33,770 nt of DNA, taken from assembly GCA_036735505.1 (NCBI GenBank), contig DAINOF010000001.1, positions 4,559 to 38,328 of the forward strand, in the 5' to 3' direction. The DNA comes from Paracoccaceae bacterium. GTDB taxonomy: Bacteria; Pseudomonadota; Alphaproteobacteria; Rhodobacterales; Rhodobacteraceae. Below are positions 6,754 to 16,377 of the stretch, piece after piece. A program made the position numbers and the translations under genes. Positions within the stretch are counted from its first letter, which is position 1, and every line of letters starts with the position of its first letter. The notes under the pieces are model-generated. The model did no database searches, had not been told where the DNA came from, and was given only the letters and a program-made list of their open reading frames with translations.

Positions 6754-7238
6754 CCCCGACCCTCACGATGACCGACGGCTATTCCCGCACGGCGGACATG
6801 CCGAGTCTCGGCAGCGGCACCACCCACCGGATCCGGCGTCAGGGCGCGCGGCCGCTCGCCTTCACCGGCACGGAGCTGGCGATGGCGATGAGCTTCACGC
6901 CGACGCTGCCCTACTGGTACGAGATCACGATCTACCGCACCAACACCCAGGCCTTCGTGCTCGCCATCCGACTCTTCCATGTCTCGGAGGACGAGAAGGA
7001 CCAGTCGGATGCCTGGACGTTCGACACTCTTCCGGAGGTGCTCGACGCGATTGAGACCTATGATGCGGGTCGCGACGTCGTCGCGGACATTGTCAGCCTT
7101 CCCTCGGACGCGCCTGCAATCGAGCTTGCCGCACGGGCGATGGATCTGCGCGCCCGCGTCAGCGCCGCGCGCCACCATTTCGCCGGCCTGGTCGGCGAGC
7201 TTTTCGCCGAGCTCGACATCGCCGCAGAGGCCGCGTGA
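6750..7238 (+). CDS. hypothetical protein, paralog 3 of the LRRxGxxPxxFxG family
   Basis: HRIRRQGARPLAFTGTEL, YEITIYRTNTQAFVLAIR, VLDAIETY and IELAARAMDLRARV align block by block with ORF 3484..3960. Coupled on both sides: ATGA at 6750 and GTGA at 7235. Confidence 0.65.
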   Translation: MTPTLTMTDGYSRTADMPSLGSGTTHRIRRQGARPLAFTGTELAMAMSFTPTLPYWYEITIYRTNTQAFVLAIRLFHVSEDEKDQSDAWTFDTLPEVLDAIETYDAGRDVVADIVSLPSDAPAIELAARAMDLRARVSAARHHFAGLVGELFAELDIAAEAA

Positions 7239-8497
7239 CTACTCGGACGGACGCACCCCTGTCGGCTCCGGGCGACCTCGCGCCCGGCGCCTTCCTTTCG
7301 CCGGCGTCCGTCCGCCGCATCTGCATCGACCTGATCGGGGCCGAACAGGACCGGATGATCCGGGACAGGCGGCTCCAGGAGCGTCATCACATCGCGCGGC
7401 GGCTTCACGCTCCCGCGTCGAATGACGCCGACCTCGAGATCGGCGAGGAAGCGCTGGGCCTCGACAGCCTCGCGCGGCTCGACCTCGTCGGCTCGGTAAG
7501 CCGGTTCTTTTGCCTCGCCGACACCGGCGCGGAGGACCTCCTCCTCGTCCATCGCGGGCTGCGCGACTGGGTCCGGATCGTTTCGGCGCATCTCGACCGG
7601 GTCGGGGCGACCGCGCGGATCGGCTTCGAGACGTCAGGCAGCACCGGCACCCCAAAGAGGATCGTTCATGCCGGCCGTGACCTTGACGCCGAAGTGGCGG
7701 AGGGCCTGGGGGTCGTCCTCGGCCACTCGGCGAAAGGAGCGCGGTTCCTCATCGCCGTCCCGCCAAGGCACATCTACGGCTTTCTCTGGGGCACACTGCT
7801 GCCCGATCGGGCAGAGGGCGCTGTGATCGACCTGCAGCACTCGGTGGGAGAAGCCCTGTTCCGGCACTGCCGCCCCGGCGACGTGGTCATCGGCACACCC
7901 TTCACGTGGGAACGTGCCGCCCGTCGGGGACAGACCCTCCCGCGAAGCGTGACGGGCCTGTGTTCGGCCGGACCGTCCACCCCCGCGACATGGGAGGCAG
8001 CGGACCGCCTGGGCCTCGACAGGTTCGTCGAGATCTACGGCTCGACCGAGACGGGCGGCGTCGGCTGGCGGCAGCGGCCGGACGAGCCGTTCCGTCTCTC
8101 GGCGCGGCTCGACCGTCACGGCGCGGGACTTCGGCGGCGATCGGACGGTGTCGAGCTTGCCTTGCAGGACCGCCTCGACTGGCGTGGAAACGACAGCTTC
8201 GACCTTGCGGGACGGCGCGACGACGTGGTGCAGGTCGCCGGCACCAACGTGAGTATCGGCCGTGTCGCCCTGCTCCTCGGCGGTGTGGACGGTGTCGCCG
8301 AAGCTGCGGTGCGTCTCGACGGGGAGCGACTGAAGGCCCTGATCGTCCCTGAGGATACGGGCGCGGGGACCGAAGACCTCGAAGTGGCGCTGCGCGACCG
8401 CGCCGCGCGCAACCTCGACGCGCCGGCGCGCCCGGATCGGTATTCCTTCGCCGCCGCCATGCCACGGAACGCCATGGGAAAACTCGCCGACTGGTAA
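7235..8497 (+). CDS. pcl: p-hydroxycinnamate (p-coumarate):CoA ligase, short adenylate-forming enzyme
   Basis: AMP-binding motifs FETSGSTGTPKRIVHAGRD and YGSTETGGVGWR, plus a C-terminal MPRNAMGKLADW. About 420 aa with no extra domains. Lies in the pyp operon, as in Rhodobacter pyp loci. Confidence 0.8.
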   Translation: MTTRTDAPLSAPGDLAPGAFLSPASVRRICIDLIGAEQDRMIRDRRLQERHHIARRLHAPASNDADLEIGEEALGLDSLARLDLVGSVSRFFCLADTGAEDLLLVHRGLRDWVRIVSAHLDRVGATARIGFETSGSTGTPKRIVHAGRDLDAEVAEGLGVVLGHSAKGARFLIAVPPRHIYGFLWGTLLPDRAEGAVIDLQHSVGEALFRHCRPGDVVIGTPFTWERAARRGQTLPRSVTGLCSAGPSTPATWEAADRLGLDRFVEIYGSTETGGVGWRQRPDEPFRLSARLDRHGAGLRRRSDGVELALQDRLDWRGNDSFDLAGRRDDVVQVAGTNVSIGRVALLLGGVDGVAEAAVRLDGERLKALIVPEDTGAGTEDLEVALRDRAARNLDAPARPDRYSFAAAMPRNAMGKLADW

Positions 8498-8499
8498 GT

Positions 8500-8521
8500 G
8501 CGGGCGGGCGCCGCCGCCCGC
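8500..8521 (+). terminator. GC-rich hairpin just after the pcl stop (possible weak or partial terminator)
   Basis: GCGGGCGG (8500-8507), loop gcgccg, CCGCCCGC (8514-8521). The 8-bp stem is perfect, but no U-tract follows. Confidence 0.3.
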
Positions 8522-8707
8522 GACCCGGGCGCGCTTCCTCCAACGCTGACATCCGGTCGCGCCATCGCCAGCCCGATCCGCGGCCGGGGAAGGAGCCAAG
8601 CGCAACCTCCTCGCGTCGGACGGGCTGACCGCCAAGCTTTCGGGGCGTGCCACGAAATGCATCCTTAAGGGACTGGCTTTAGTGTCCGCCCCGCCGCCGA
8701 AGGGAGA

Positions 8708-11527
8708 ATGACGATGACAGCAAAGACAGTGCCGGACCCATCGCCCGAGGAAAGGCTGTCGCGTGTCGCTGCCGCGTTTGCCCAGCACGCCCTCGCAAGA
8801 TCGCTCACGCTCGTGTTCGACGCGGCGACGAAGTCTCTCTGGCACGCCAGCGGTGATGCGATCACGCTGCTGGAACTGTCGGAGGACATGCTGTCCGCCG
8901 CGGGCTTCCTCGACCTGTGCGGCGCCTCGGACCAGGACATCGCCGACATCTGGTGGGCGCTCGCGGCCGGGGGGAGCGCCGAATGGTCGGGCCACCTGAC
9001 CGCCAGCCTCTCGTCGACGCGGACGCCCGCGCGATTCGAGGCCGTCTTCGCGGCGACCGGAGAGGGCGAGGGAAGCGTCGTCGTCGTCGCCCGGAAACTG
9101 CATGCCGAGCAGGGGGCGCTCGCAGCGACCATGACGGCGGCAGGCCCATGGACCGCGCTGCAGGAGGTCGTCGGCGTCATAGAATACGACACGGACGGCA
9201 ACGTGCTCAGCGCAAACGACCGAGCCGCCATGGCGCTCGAATATGTCGACGAGCTCGCGGGGCGCAACCACGAGGCGCTCTGGCCGCAATCGCGCACGGC
9301 GACGCCCGACTACATCGAATTCTGGGAGAAGCTGCGGCAGGGCCGGATCGTCGAGGGACGGCACCCGCACCGGTCGGCGGAGGGCGGGGAGCTCTGGTTC
9401 CAGTCGACTTTCGTTCCCGTCCGCGGCGAAGACGGCAGGGTCGCCCGGGTCGTGCAGTGCCTCATGGACGTCACCGAGGAGGCCGGCAGGGCCGCGCGCG
9501 ACCGGATTCTGCTCGACGCCGTCTATGGCGGTCTTCCAGTTCTCGAATACGACCTCGAAGGGCATGTCGTCTCGGCCAACGCGGCGATGCTCGATGCGCT
9601 CGGCGAGACGGCAGAAGAGGTCGGCGGCAAGCACAGCCGGCGCCTGCTGGACGCGGAGTTCGCGCGCATGCCGCGCTTCATCGAGGCGTGGAACATCGCG
9701 CTCGAGGGCGTCGCGCAGATCATCGACATCCACCACCTGCGCAAGAACCGCGTCTCGCTGTGGACCCGAAGCGCTCTCCTTCCGCTGAAGGACCCTGCCG
9801 GCGCGGTGCAGCGGGTGATGGAGATCGCCGTCGACATCCACGGCCTGCAGGAGCGACTGACCAACCTCGAGATGCTCTACGGTGCCGCCAACGCCGCACT
9901 TCCCATCCTCGAGATCGACCTGTCGGGAAAGATCCTGTCGGCGAATGACGCCGCCTGCAGCCTGTTCGACGTCAAGTCGTCCGCCCTCGCCGCCGTCAAC
10001 TTCCGGACACTCGTGCCGAGCGACTTCGGCAGCTCGAAGAAGTACCAGACCTTCTTCGACCGCCTCGCGCGGGGAGAGACGATTTCGGGCGCCTTCAAGC
10101 GGATCAGGCCCGACGGTCAGGTCATCTGGGTGCGCGGACATCATGTCCCGCTCGTCGCCGAGGGGCAGGAGGTTCCGCAGCGCATCCTCGTGCTGATGAC
10201 AGACATCACCGGGGAAAGCGTCAGCCTCGTCGAGGCAGAGGGCAAGTTCGCCGCGATCGAACAGTCCCTGGCGCTCGCCCAGTTCGACATCGACGGGACC
10301 GTGGACTGGACCAACAGGAAGCTCGAGGACGCGCTCGGCCACAGCGCGCTGGACCTGAAGGGGCGCGCGATCGCGAGCCTCCTGCCGCCGGATGACGTCG
10401 ATCGGAACCGCACCCGGTGGGAAACGCTGCGAAACGGCGAGTCCGTCGATATGGACATGCGACTCATCGGCAAGCAGGGCAATGACGTCTGGCTGAACGG
10501 GACCTTCAACCCCGTGCTCGACGACGGCAAGGTGGTGCGCATCATCGCCGTCGCGTCGGTCGTTACCGAGCGGAAGCTGCGCGTACACGACCTCGAGGCG
10601 AACTGGGCAGCTGCAACGCAGGCGGTCCCGCTGGCGGAGTTCGACCCGGACGGCCGCATCGTCTCGGCGAGCGAGGGCTTCCTGCGGATGGTCGGCTACT
10701 CCCTGCGGGAGATCGTGGGCCAGCACCACAGCATGTTCTGTTCGGCCGATCACGTGCGCTCGGCCGACTATCGCGACTTCTGGCTGTCGCTGGGCAAGGG
10801 CGAGGCGCGGAGCGGACGCTTCAGCAACGTCGGCCGGTTCGACCGCGACATCCACATCGATGGGAGCTATGTCCCGATCCGCGGGACCTCGGGCGACGTC
10901 ACCAAGGTCCTGATGTTCGGCCACGAGGTGTCCGATCACGTCGGCCTGCGGCAACTGGCCGTCGACACGGTCGAGCATGTGCGGGAGGCGGTGCAGGAGG
11001 TGCTTCAGGCGCACGCGAGGCTGCGCAGCGCCGCGACCGAAGTCGCCTCGAGCCTCGAGGGCGAGCGCAGCGCCATAGAGACGGGCTCCACGGCGCTGGC
11101 CGGGGGTGTGGCCGAGATCGATGCCGTGGCCGGCGCGGTGGACAGCGTGGCCCGGGTCACAGAGGTCCTGCGCGACATCGCCATCCAGACGAACCTGCTC
11201 GCCTTCAACGCCGCCATCGAGGCGGCGCGGGCCGGCGAACACGGCATCGGCTTCTCGGTCGTCGCCGACGACGTCCGGAAACTCGCCGAGAACAACTCCG
11301 AGGCCGCGCGCGACATCTCGCGGCATCTGCAGACCGTGGCGCAGGGTCTGGCGCGTACGCGCGACGCGGCCAGCAGGACGCTGGGGATGGTGGGCGACGT
11401 GGCTTCCGATCTCGATGTCCAGACCGAACGGGTCTCGGGTCTCGCCGACACCTCCGATGTCCACGTCAAGGCGGCCGATGCGATTGCGAAGGCCATCGAC
11501 AGGCTCCGCACCGCGGCCGTCGCGTGA
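8708..11527 (+). CDS. soluble multi-PAS (about six PAS/PAC repeats) methyl-accepting chemotaxis protein
   Basis: No hydrophobic TM segment is visible. PAS-like units recur, each starting with a pattern such as [56 protein letters not shown] or [14 protein letters not shown]. The C-terminus carries the MCP hairpin-tip signature [38 protein letters not shown]. The start may be ATG 8714, which has better spacing from GGGAG at 8702-8706. Confidence 0.85.
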   Translation: MTMTAKTVPDPSPEERLSRVAAAFAQHALARSLTLVFDAATKSLWHASGDAITLLELSEDMLSAAGFLDLCGASDQDIADIWWALAAGGSAEWSGHLTASLSSTRTPARFEAVFAATGEGEGSVVVVARKLHAEQGALAATMTAAGPWTALQEVVGVIEYDTDGNVLSANDRAAMALEYVDELAGRNHEALWPQSRTATPDYIEFWEKLRQGRIVEGRHPHRSAEGGELWFQSTFVPVRGEDGRVARVVQCLMDVTEEAGRAARDRILLDAVYGGLPVLEYDLEGHVVSANAAMLDALGETAEEVGGKHSRRLLDAEFARMPRFIEAWNIALEGVAQIIDIHHLRKNRVSLWTRSALLPLKDPAGAVQRVMEIAVDIHGLQERLTNLEMLYGAANAALPILEIDLSGKILSANDAACSLFDVKSSALAAVNFRTLVPSDFGSSKKYQTFFDRLARGETISGAFKRIRPDGQVIWVRGHHVPLVAEGQEVPQRILVLMTDITGESVSLVEAEGKFAAIEQSLALAQFDIDGTVDWTNRKLEDALGHSALDLKGRAIASLLPPDDVDRNRTRWETLRNGESVDMDMRLIGKQGNDVWLNGTFNPVLDDGKVVRIIAVASVVTERKLRVHDLEANWAAATQAVPLAEFDPDGRIVSASEGFLRMVGYSLREIVGQHHSMFCSADHVRSADYRDFWLSLGKGEARSGRFSNVGRFDRDIHIDGSYVPIRGTSGDVTKVLMFGHEVSDHVGLRQLAVDTVEHVREAVQEVLQAHARLRSAATEVASSLEGERSAIETGSTALAGGVAEIDAVAGAVDSVARVTEVLRDIAIQTNLLAFNAAIEAARAGEHGIGFSVVADDVRKLAENNSEAARDISRHLQTVAQGLARTRDAASRTLGMVGDVASDLDVQTERVSGLADTSDVHVKAADAIAKAIDRLRTAAVA

Positions 11528-12939
11528 TGCCGGCCGAAACCCGGACGAAAGTGCGGCTGGGGCTGATGACGACCGGCGGCATCACCGTCGGGGTGGACGT
11601 GACTTGCGTCGCCGAGGTGTGCCGGGTCCGGAGCATCTCGCCGATCTTTGCCGCCGCCCCCGGTCTTCTCGGGGCCATCGATCTGCGCGGGGATCCCATC
11701 CCGCTCTTCGATCCAAAGGCGCTCGCGGGGCTCGGGCAGTCAGGCTCCTCCCCCGACCTGGCGGTGATCGCCTCCGGAGAGGGGCGTCGCATCGCGCTTG
11801 GCTTCGACACGATCGAAGGGCTGACCGAGGTCGGCACGAACCGGCTCGCGGCCGCGAGGGGTGTCGGCGGATCGGCTTTCGCAGGCACGCTCGAGGATCG
11901 CGGCCGCATCGTCAGCCTTCTCGATCCCCGCCCGATCCTCGCCCGCACGGACATCCCGTCCGCGACCGTGGCGACCGCCAGCGAAACGCGAGGCGCCGTC
12001 GGCGCGACTTCCCACCTGACGGTGGAGTCGGGCAGCGCGCGCTTCGGCATCGTGGCGACGGCCATCGAAGCCACCGTCCCGCGCCAGACGATCGAACCGC
12101 ACAGCCTCGCGAACGGCGCCTGGCTCGGGATCATCGGCCATTATGGCCGGAGGGTCCCGGTCATGCATCTGAACGCGGTTCTCGGACTGGGCGAGATCCG
12201 CGATCTCGGCACCGCCGAGATCGTGATCCTGCGGCTCCCCGGCGACCGGCTCATCGGCTTCGCCGTCGAGATGATCTGCCGCATGGAGCTTGTCCCCCTC
12301 GCCGGGGAGGCCCCCTTGCCCGCGCTGCTGGCCGGGCGGACGGCAGCGATCCGCTCGGTCCTGCCGGACGGGTCGGGAGGCGATACATTCCTCGTCGACG
12401 TCGACGCCCTCGGCGCGGACGAGGCGCTGCTGGGGATCGCGAGCCTCTCCGTCGAACCCGCCGCGGCGACCTCTGCGGGGACGCGCGCCGCCGCGGCCGA
12501 GGAGGGCGCGCGTTCCGAACGCGAGCGGTATCTCGTCGCGCGGGCGGGGGCGCCCATCGCGATCCCGATCTGCCAGGTCGCGCGGATCGCCAAGCCTCCA
12601 GAACGCGTCACGGCCTTGCCGAGGGCGCCGGACTGGGTCCGCGGGGTGTTTCGCGAGGCAGGCGCCCCCGGCCCCCTCGTCGACCTGCGGCATCGCCTCG
12701 GTTATCCGCCGGCCGAGGCCATGGAGCGGTCGCGCGTCCTGATCGCCGGGTCGGCATCCTCGCCGATCGGCTTCATCGTGGAGGGTGTCGATCACCTCGA
12801 ATGGTCGGACTGGCGGTCCGACGGCCGGCAGGAGGGCATGATCAACGGCGTGGTGTCCCTGCCACGCCTCGGCGCGCAAAGCGTGATGCCCCTCGTCGAC
12901 CTGACCCGCATCGCGGCGACGCTTGAAGGGCTTGCGTGA
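11524..12939 (+). CDS. triple CheW-domain scaffold protein
   Basis: Three CheW-like units: [17 protein letters not shown]...[18 protein letters not shown]; [17 protein letters not shown]...[18 protein letters not shown]; and [21 protein letters not shown]...[20 protein letters not shown]. The start overlaps the MCP stop (GTGATG at 11524-11529). Confidence 0.8.
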   Translation: MMPAETRTKVRLGLMTTGGITVGVDVTCVAEVCRVRSISPIFAAAPGLLGAIDLRGDPIPLFDPKALAGLGQSGSSPDLAVIASGEGRRIALGFDTIEGLTEVGTNRLAAARGVGGSAFAGTLEDRGRIVSLLDPRPILARTDIPSATVATASETRGAVGATSHLTVESGSARFGIVATAIEATVPRQTIEPHSLANGAWLGIIGHYGRRVPVMHLNAVLGLGEIRDLGTAEIVILRLPGDRLIGFAVEMICRMELVPLAGEAPLPALLAGRTAAIRSVLPDGSGGDTFLVDVDALGADEALLGIASLSVEPAAATSAGTRAAAAEEGARSERERYLVARAGAPIAIPICQVARIAKPPERVTALPRAPDWVRGVFREAGAPGPLVDLRHRLGYPPAEAMERSRVLIAGSASSPIGFIVEGVDHLEWSDWRSDGRQEGMINGVVSLPRLGAQSVMPLVDLTRIAATLEGLA

Positions 12940-13010
12940 CGCATCGGGGTTAACGGTCCTGCAACCCGAACGGGCGTAGGACTGCAGTATCGACAGAAAG
13001 GCGATCCCCC

Positions 13011-13940
13011 TTGAACCAGCCCGCGCTCGACGTTGCGAAACTCGCGGCGGCCACGATCGGCCCCGAACGGCCCTGGATCGGCCTCGCGACCGGCCGATCC
13101 TTCTTCATGGACGACGACATCCGCAGGATTGCGGAAAAGGCCGCCTTCTACGCGCGCGCCGGAGCGAGCGTGCATTTCCGCGGGATGGCGGGATCGGGCA
13201 AAACCTCGCTCGCCTTCCACGTGGCCGAGATGCTCGGCCGCCCGATCTCGTTCATCGCCGGCAACAACTGGCTGACCAGCACCGACTTCATCGGCAAGGA
13301 GATCGGCCATTCCTCGGTCTCGGTGGTGGACCGCTACGTGCAGACGGTCCGCCGGACCGAAAGCATGACCCGCGGGGAATGGAAGGAGTCCGTGCTCGCC
13401 GTCGCGATGGATCGGGGACACACCCTCATCTACGACGAGTTCACGCGCGCCTCGCCCGAAGCGAACTCGACGCTCCTGTCGGTTCTCGAGGAAGGCGTGC
13501 TGGTGGTGACGGACCAGACGAGCGAGCGCCCCTACATCAACGCCCATCCCTGCTTCCGGGTGATCCTCACGTCCAACCCCCACGACTACGTCGGCGTCAA
13601 CTCCGCTCCCGACGCCCTCATGGACCGTCTCCTGACGCTCGAACTCGGCGAACCGTCGAGCGCCACGCTCACCGGGATCGTCGCGGTCCGCAGCGGGATC
13701 GACCGTCCGACCGCCCGGCGCATCGTGAGGCTCGTGGAGGCCGCACACAAGGCGACGCCCGATACATCGCTCGGCTCGATGCGCACGGCCATCCTGATCG
13801 CGCGGATCGCGGCCTTCGCCCGCACCGAGGGCCTCCTCAGCGACGAGCTTCTGGCACAGATCGCGGCCGACGTCCTCGCCGGTCGCGGCGCCGAACTCGG
13901 GGCGGCCGCGATGGCGCGGCTCCTCGCAGCCGACACGTGA
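13011..13940 (+). CDS. gvpN: gas vesicle protein GvpN (AAA+ ATPase)
   Basis: VHFRGMAGSGKTSLAFHVAE Walker A, LIYDEFTRASPE Walker B, and overall GvpN/CbbQ-like layout. TTG start at 13011. Confidence 0.9.
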   Translation: MNQPALDVAKLAAATIGPERPWIGLATGRSFFMDDDIRRIAEKAAFYARAGASVHFRGMAGSGKTSLAFHVAEMLGRPISFIAGNNWLTSTDFIGKEIGHSSVSVVDRYVQTVRRTESMTRGEWKESVLAVAMDRGHTLIYDEFTRASPEANSTLLSVLEEGVLVVTDQTSERPYINAHPCFRVILTSNPHDYVGVNSAPDALMDRLLTLELGEPSSATLTGIVAVRSGIDRPTARRIVRLVEAAHKATPDTSLGSMRTAILIARIAAFARTEGLLSDELLAQIAADVLAGRGAELGAAAMARLLAADT

Positions 13941-13956
13941 ACCCGGGGGATCGAGC

Positions 13957-14181
13957 ATGCAGCGTCCCAAGACCTCTCCGATGCGGCGTCCCGCGGCCAT
14001 GTCCGGCAAGGCCGCGCGAACGCCGAAGGAGGCCGCCATCCATCTCGTCCGGCTCGAGTTCGACCGCAGCAGGATCCAGATCGGCCTGAGGCAGGCCGAG
14101 ATGCGGGCCGATCTCTACCGGGCCGAAGATGCCGCCATCGAGCGGCGACGGCGCGCGCTGCTCGACATCCTCACGCGCTGA
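13957..14181 (+). CDS. small basic coiled-coil protein in the gvpN-to-gvpO position (possibly GvpV-like)
   Basis: 74-aa product MQRPKTSPMRRPAAMSGKAARTPKEAAIHLVRLEFDRSRIQIGLRQAEMRADLYRAEDAAIERRRRALLDILTR. Its position after gvpN matches gvpV in other clusters. The assignment rests on position and size only. Confidence 0.4.
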   Translation: MQRPKTSPMRRPAAMSGKAARTPKEAAIHLVRLEFDRSRIQIGLRQAEMRADLYRAEDAAIERRRRALLDILTR

Positions 14182-14203
14182 CCCTCCCCAAGGAGCCACG
14201 TCC

Positions 14204-14512
14204 ATGGAACACCCGGCACCCGACGTCTTCAGCAGCAAGCGCAAGGCCGCCGGCGTCGGCCCGACCGAGGCCATCGAGGCGGCCCGGCGCGCCATCTCGG
14301 CGACCGGGCACGCCGACATCGACGCCGTCGCCGCCTGCGAGGCCGTCGAGGACGGATCCTGGCGGGTCGAGGTCGAGGTGGTGGAGAGCCACGCGAGGAT
14401 GGGCGACAACGATCTCATCGCCGCCTTCGACGTGCGCGTCGCCGAGACGGGCGAAGTCCGCGGCTTCCGCCGCCTGCGCCGCTACTTCCGGGAAGACGGG
14501 CCGCAGACATGA
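14204..14512 (+). CDS. gvpO: gas vesicle protein GvpO
   Basis: AGGAG at 14191-14195, ATG at 14204. The product ends ...WRVEVEVVESHARMGDNDLIAAFDVRVAETGEVRGFRRLRRYFRED, typical of GvpO C-termini. Confidence 0.75.
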   Translation: MEHPAPDVFSSKRKAAGVGPTEAIEAARRAISATGHADIDAVAACEAVEDGSWRVEVEVVESHARMGDNDLIAAFDVRVAETGEVRGFRRLRRYFREDGPQT

Positions 14513-14829
14513 GCTTCAGCGTGCAGAACCCGATGCACCGTGACGGCCTCGCCGACGTGCTCGAACGGATCCTCGACAAGGGGATCGTCATCGCCGGCGA
14601 CGTCTCGGTGTCGCTCGTCGGCATCGAGCTTCTGACGATCCGGCTCCGCCTGCTGATCGCGACGGTGGACAAGGCCAAGGAGCTCGGCATCAACTGGTGG
14701 GAGACCGACCCGCGCCTGACGGCCTCCGCCGATCGGCTGGCCGAGGACAACGCAGGCCTCCTGCGGCGCATCGAAGAGCTCGAGGCGCGGCTTCTGGCCT
14801 CGGACCGCGCGCAGGAGGCCGTCGGATGA
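14509..14829 (+). CDS. gvpJ: gas vesicle protein GvpJ (GvpA-family minor structural protein)
   Basis: [55 protein letters not shown] is the GvpA/J core plus the J-type extension. ATGA overlap with gvpO. Confidence 0.9.
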   Translation: MSFSVQNPMHRDGLADVLERILDKGIVIAGDVSVSLVGIELLTIRLRLLIATVDKAKELGINWWETDPRLTASADRLAEDNAGLLRRIEELEARLLASDRAQEAVG

Positions 14830-15386
14830 AGGGTCCACGAAAGCCGGCCGGCGGCGATGCGCGTGGCGACATCGACCTGAAGCTCGGCAACCTCCTTGGC
14901 GAACTCGGCTCCGCCCTGTCCGAGATGATCGACCGGCTGGACCAGGGAACCACGGGCGAGATCCGGCGCGACCGCGAGTTCACGACCGAGCGGGGTCCGG
15001 TCCGGGCCCAGGCGGGGATCCGGATCCGGCTCGCAGGGACCGAGGTGCCGCTCAAACGGAACGCTGCGGCGCCGGCAGCGACTCCCGACGCGGCCGCGCC
15101 CCCACCACGCGCCGCAACCGCGCCTGCCCCGCGCCCGATCCAGGCCGAGGTGGTCGACGACGGCCGGGTCTGGCGGCTGACGGCCGAGCTTCCCGGCGCC
15201 GCCCGGGAGGACCTCGATCTCGCCGTCGAGGAGGGACATCTCCTGATCACGGCGCGGACCCGCACCCGCAGCTTCGCCGACCGCGTCGCGCTGCCCGCCT
15301 CGACCGGGATCGCCGATCTGAGGGTGAGCCTGCAGAACGGGATCCTCGAGATCGAGGCCGCGTCACACAGGGGTCCGGACCGATGA
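14826..15386 (+). CDS. gvpH: Hsp20/alpha-crystallin domain protein (GvpH-like)
   Basis: C-terminal VWRLTAELPGAAREDLDLAVEEGHLLITARTRTRSFADRVALP...LRVSLQNGILEIE is a small-HSP fold. ATGA overlap on both sides. Confidence 0.7.
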   Translation: MKGPRKPAGGDARGDIDLKLGNLLGELGSALSEMIDRLDQGTTGEIRRDREFTTERGPVRAQAGIRIRLAGTEVPLKRNAAAPAATPDAAAPPPRAATAPAPRPIQAEVVDDGRVWRLTAELPGAAREDLDLAVEEGHLLITARTRTRSFADRVALPASTGIADLRVSLQNGILEIEAASHRGPDR

Positions 15387-16147
15387 TCTACCTCTACGGC
15401 CTCCTTGCCCCCGATTTCGACACGGACGCGACGACGCTCACCGCGCTCGAGGGCGTGACCGGGGAGGTCGCGCTCGCGAACCTCGGCCCGGCTCTTCTCG
15501 TCCATGGCCGCTGCGAGGAGACGGAGATCCTGCCGCGGCGGCGCCACCTTCTCGCCCATGCGCGCGTCCTCGAGACGCTGGCCGGGGCCGGCGCGGTGCT
15601 GCCCATGCGCTTCGGGATGATCACACCGTCCATCGAGACCGTCGCTGCGGCGCTGACGCAGCAGAAGGACGACCTCGCCGCCCAGTTTGCGGCGGTGCAG
15701 GGCTGCGCCGAATATGGCATCCGCGTCGTGTTCCCCCGCGACGCGGCGCTGCCCGCCGCCGTCGACGGCAATGCGGCGCTCGCGCGCGAGCGGTCGCGGC
15801 TTCTGGCCGCGGGGCGCGCGGGGCGCATGGAAACGGCCGAGTTCGGGCGGCAGCTTGCGGAGGTGGTCGACCGGCGCCGGGCCGCCACGCAGCGCGAGCT
15901 TGTCGCAGCCCTCGCCCCCGAATTCGCCTCCTACGTGCTGCGGGCGCCTGAGGAAGACGTGCAGGTCCTGGCGGTGGATGCGCTCGTTCCCGACAGCCGC
16001 GCGGACGGTCTCGGGGCCCGGATCGAGGCGCTGGCGCGGGCGTCGGCCTTCGCGCCCGGAGCAGAGCCGCAGGTTTCCATCGTCGGCCCGGGCCCGGCCT
16101 ACAGTTTCGTGCGGCTCACCCTGGAACTCGCGCGGCAGGCCGCCTGA
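15383..16147 (+). CDS. gas vesicle protein GvpF/GvpL family (copy 1)
   Basis: MIYLYGLL N-terminus, HARVLETLAGAGAVLPMRFGMI, and C-terminal VSIVGPGPAYSFV (variant of the GPWPPYSF motif). Confidence 0.85.
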   Translation: MIYLYGLLAPDFDTDATTLTALEGVTGEVALANLGPALLVHGRCEETEILPRRRHLLAHARVLETLAGAGAVLPMRFGMITPSIETVAAALTQQKDDLAAQFAAVQGCAEYGIRVVFPRDAALPAAVDGNAALARERSRLLAAGRAGRMETAEFGRQLAEVVDRRRAATQRELVAALAPEFASYVLRAPEEDVQVLAVDALVPDSRADGLGARIEALARASAFAPGAEPQVSIVGPGPAYSFVRLTLELARQAA

Positions 16148-16377
16148 TGGGCCTCCTGTCGCGACTCCTTCTCCTGCCGGTCTCGGCACCGCTCTCGGGG
16201 TCGCTGTGGATCGCCCAGCAGATCACCGAAAGCGTGGAGCGGGAAAGAAACAGCCCCGCGGCCCTTCGCGCCGCCCTGCGCGAGGCCGAGCTGCGCCTTA
16301 TCGCGGGCGAGCTCTCCGAAGAGGACTACGAAGTGATCGAGACCGACCTCCTCGTCCGCATGAGGGAAGCGGGATGA
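16147..16377 (+). CDS. gvpG: gas vesicle protein GvpG
   Basis: MGLLSRLLLLPVSAPLSGSLWIAQQI...LRLIAGELSEEDYEVIETDLLVRM is the typical GvpG pattern. TGATG overlap with the upstream gene. Confidence 0.8.
   Translation: MGLLSRLLLLPVSAPLSGSLWIAQQITESVERERNSPAALRAALREAELRLIAGELSEEDYEVIETDLLVRMREAG

Noticed and set aside
7634-11464. 1276-aa ORF on the - strand spanning pcl and the MCP gene
   Set aside because: It is antisense to two well-supported + strand genes with clear motifs (AMP-binding, PAS, MCP tip). Its translation is Arg/Gly/Ala/Pro-rich with no recognisable domain. This is a typical shadow frame of high-GC DNA.
12792-14039. 415-aa - strand ORF over gvpN
   Set aside because: It is antisense to gvpN, which has clear Walker motifs. 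No motifs are visible in the - frame.
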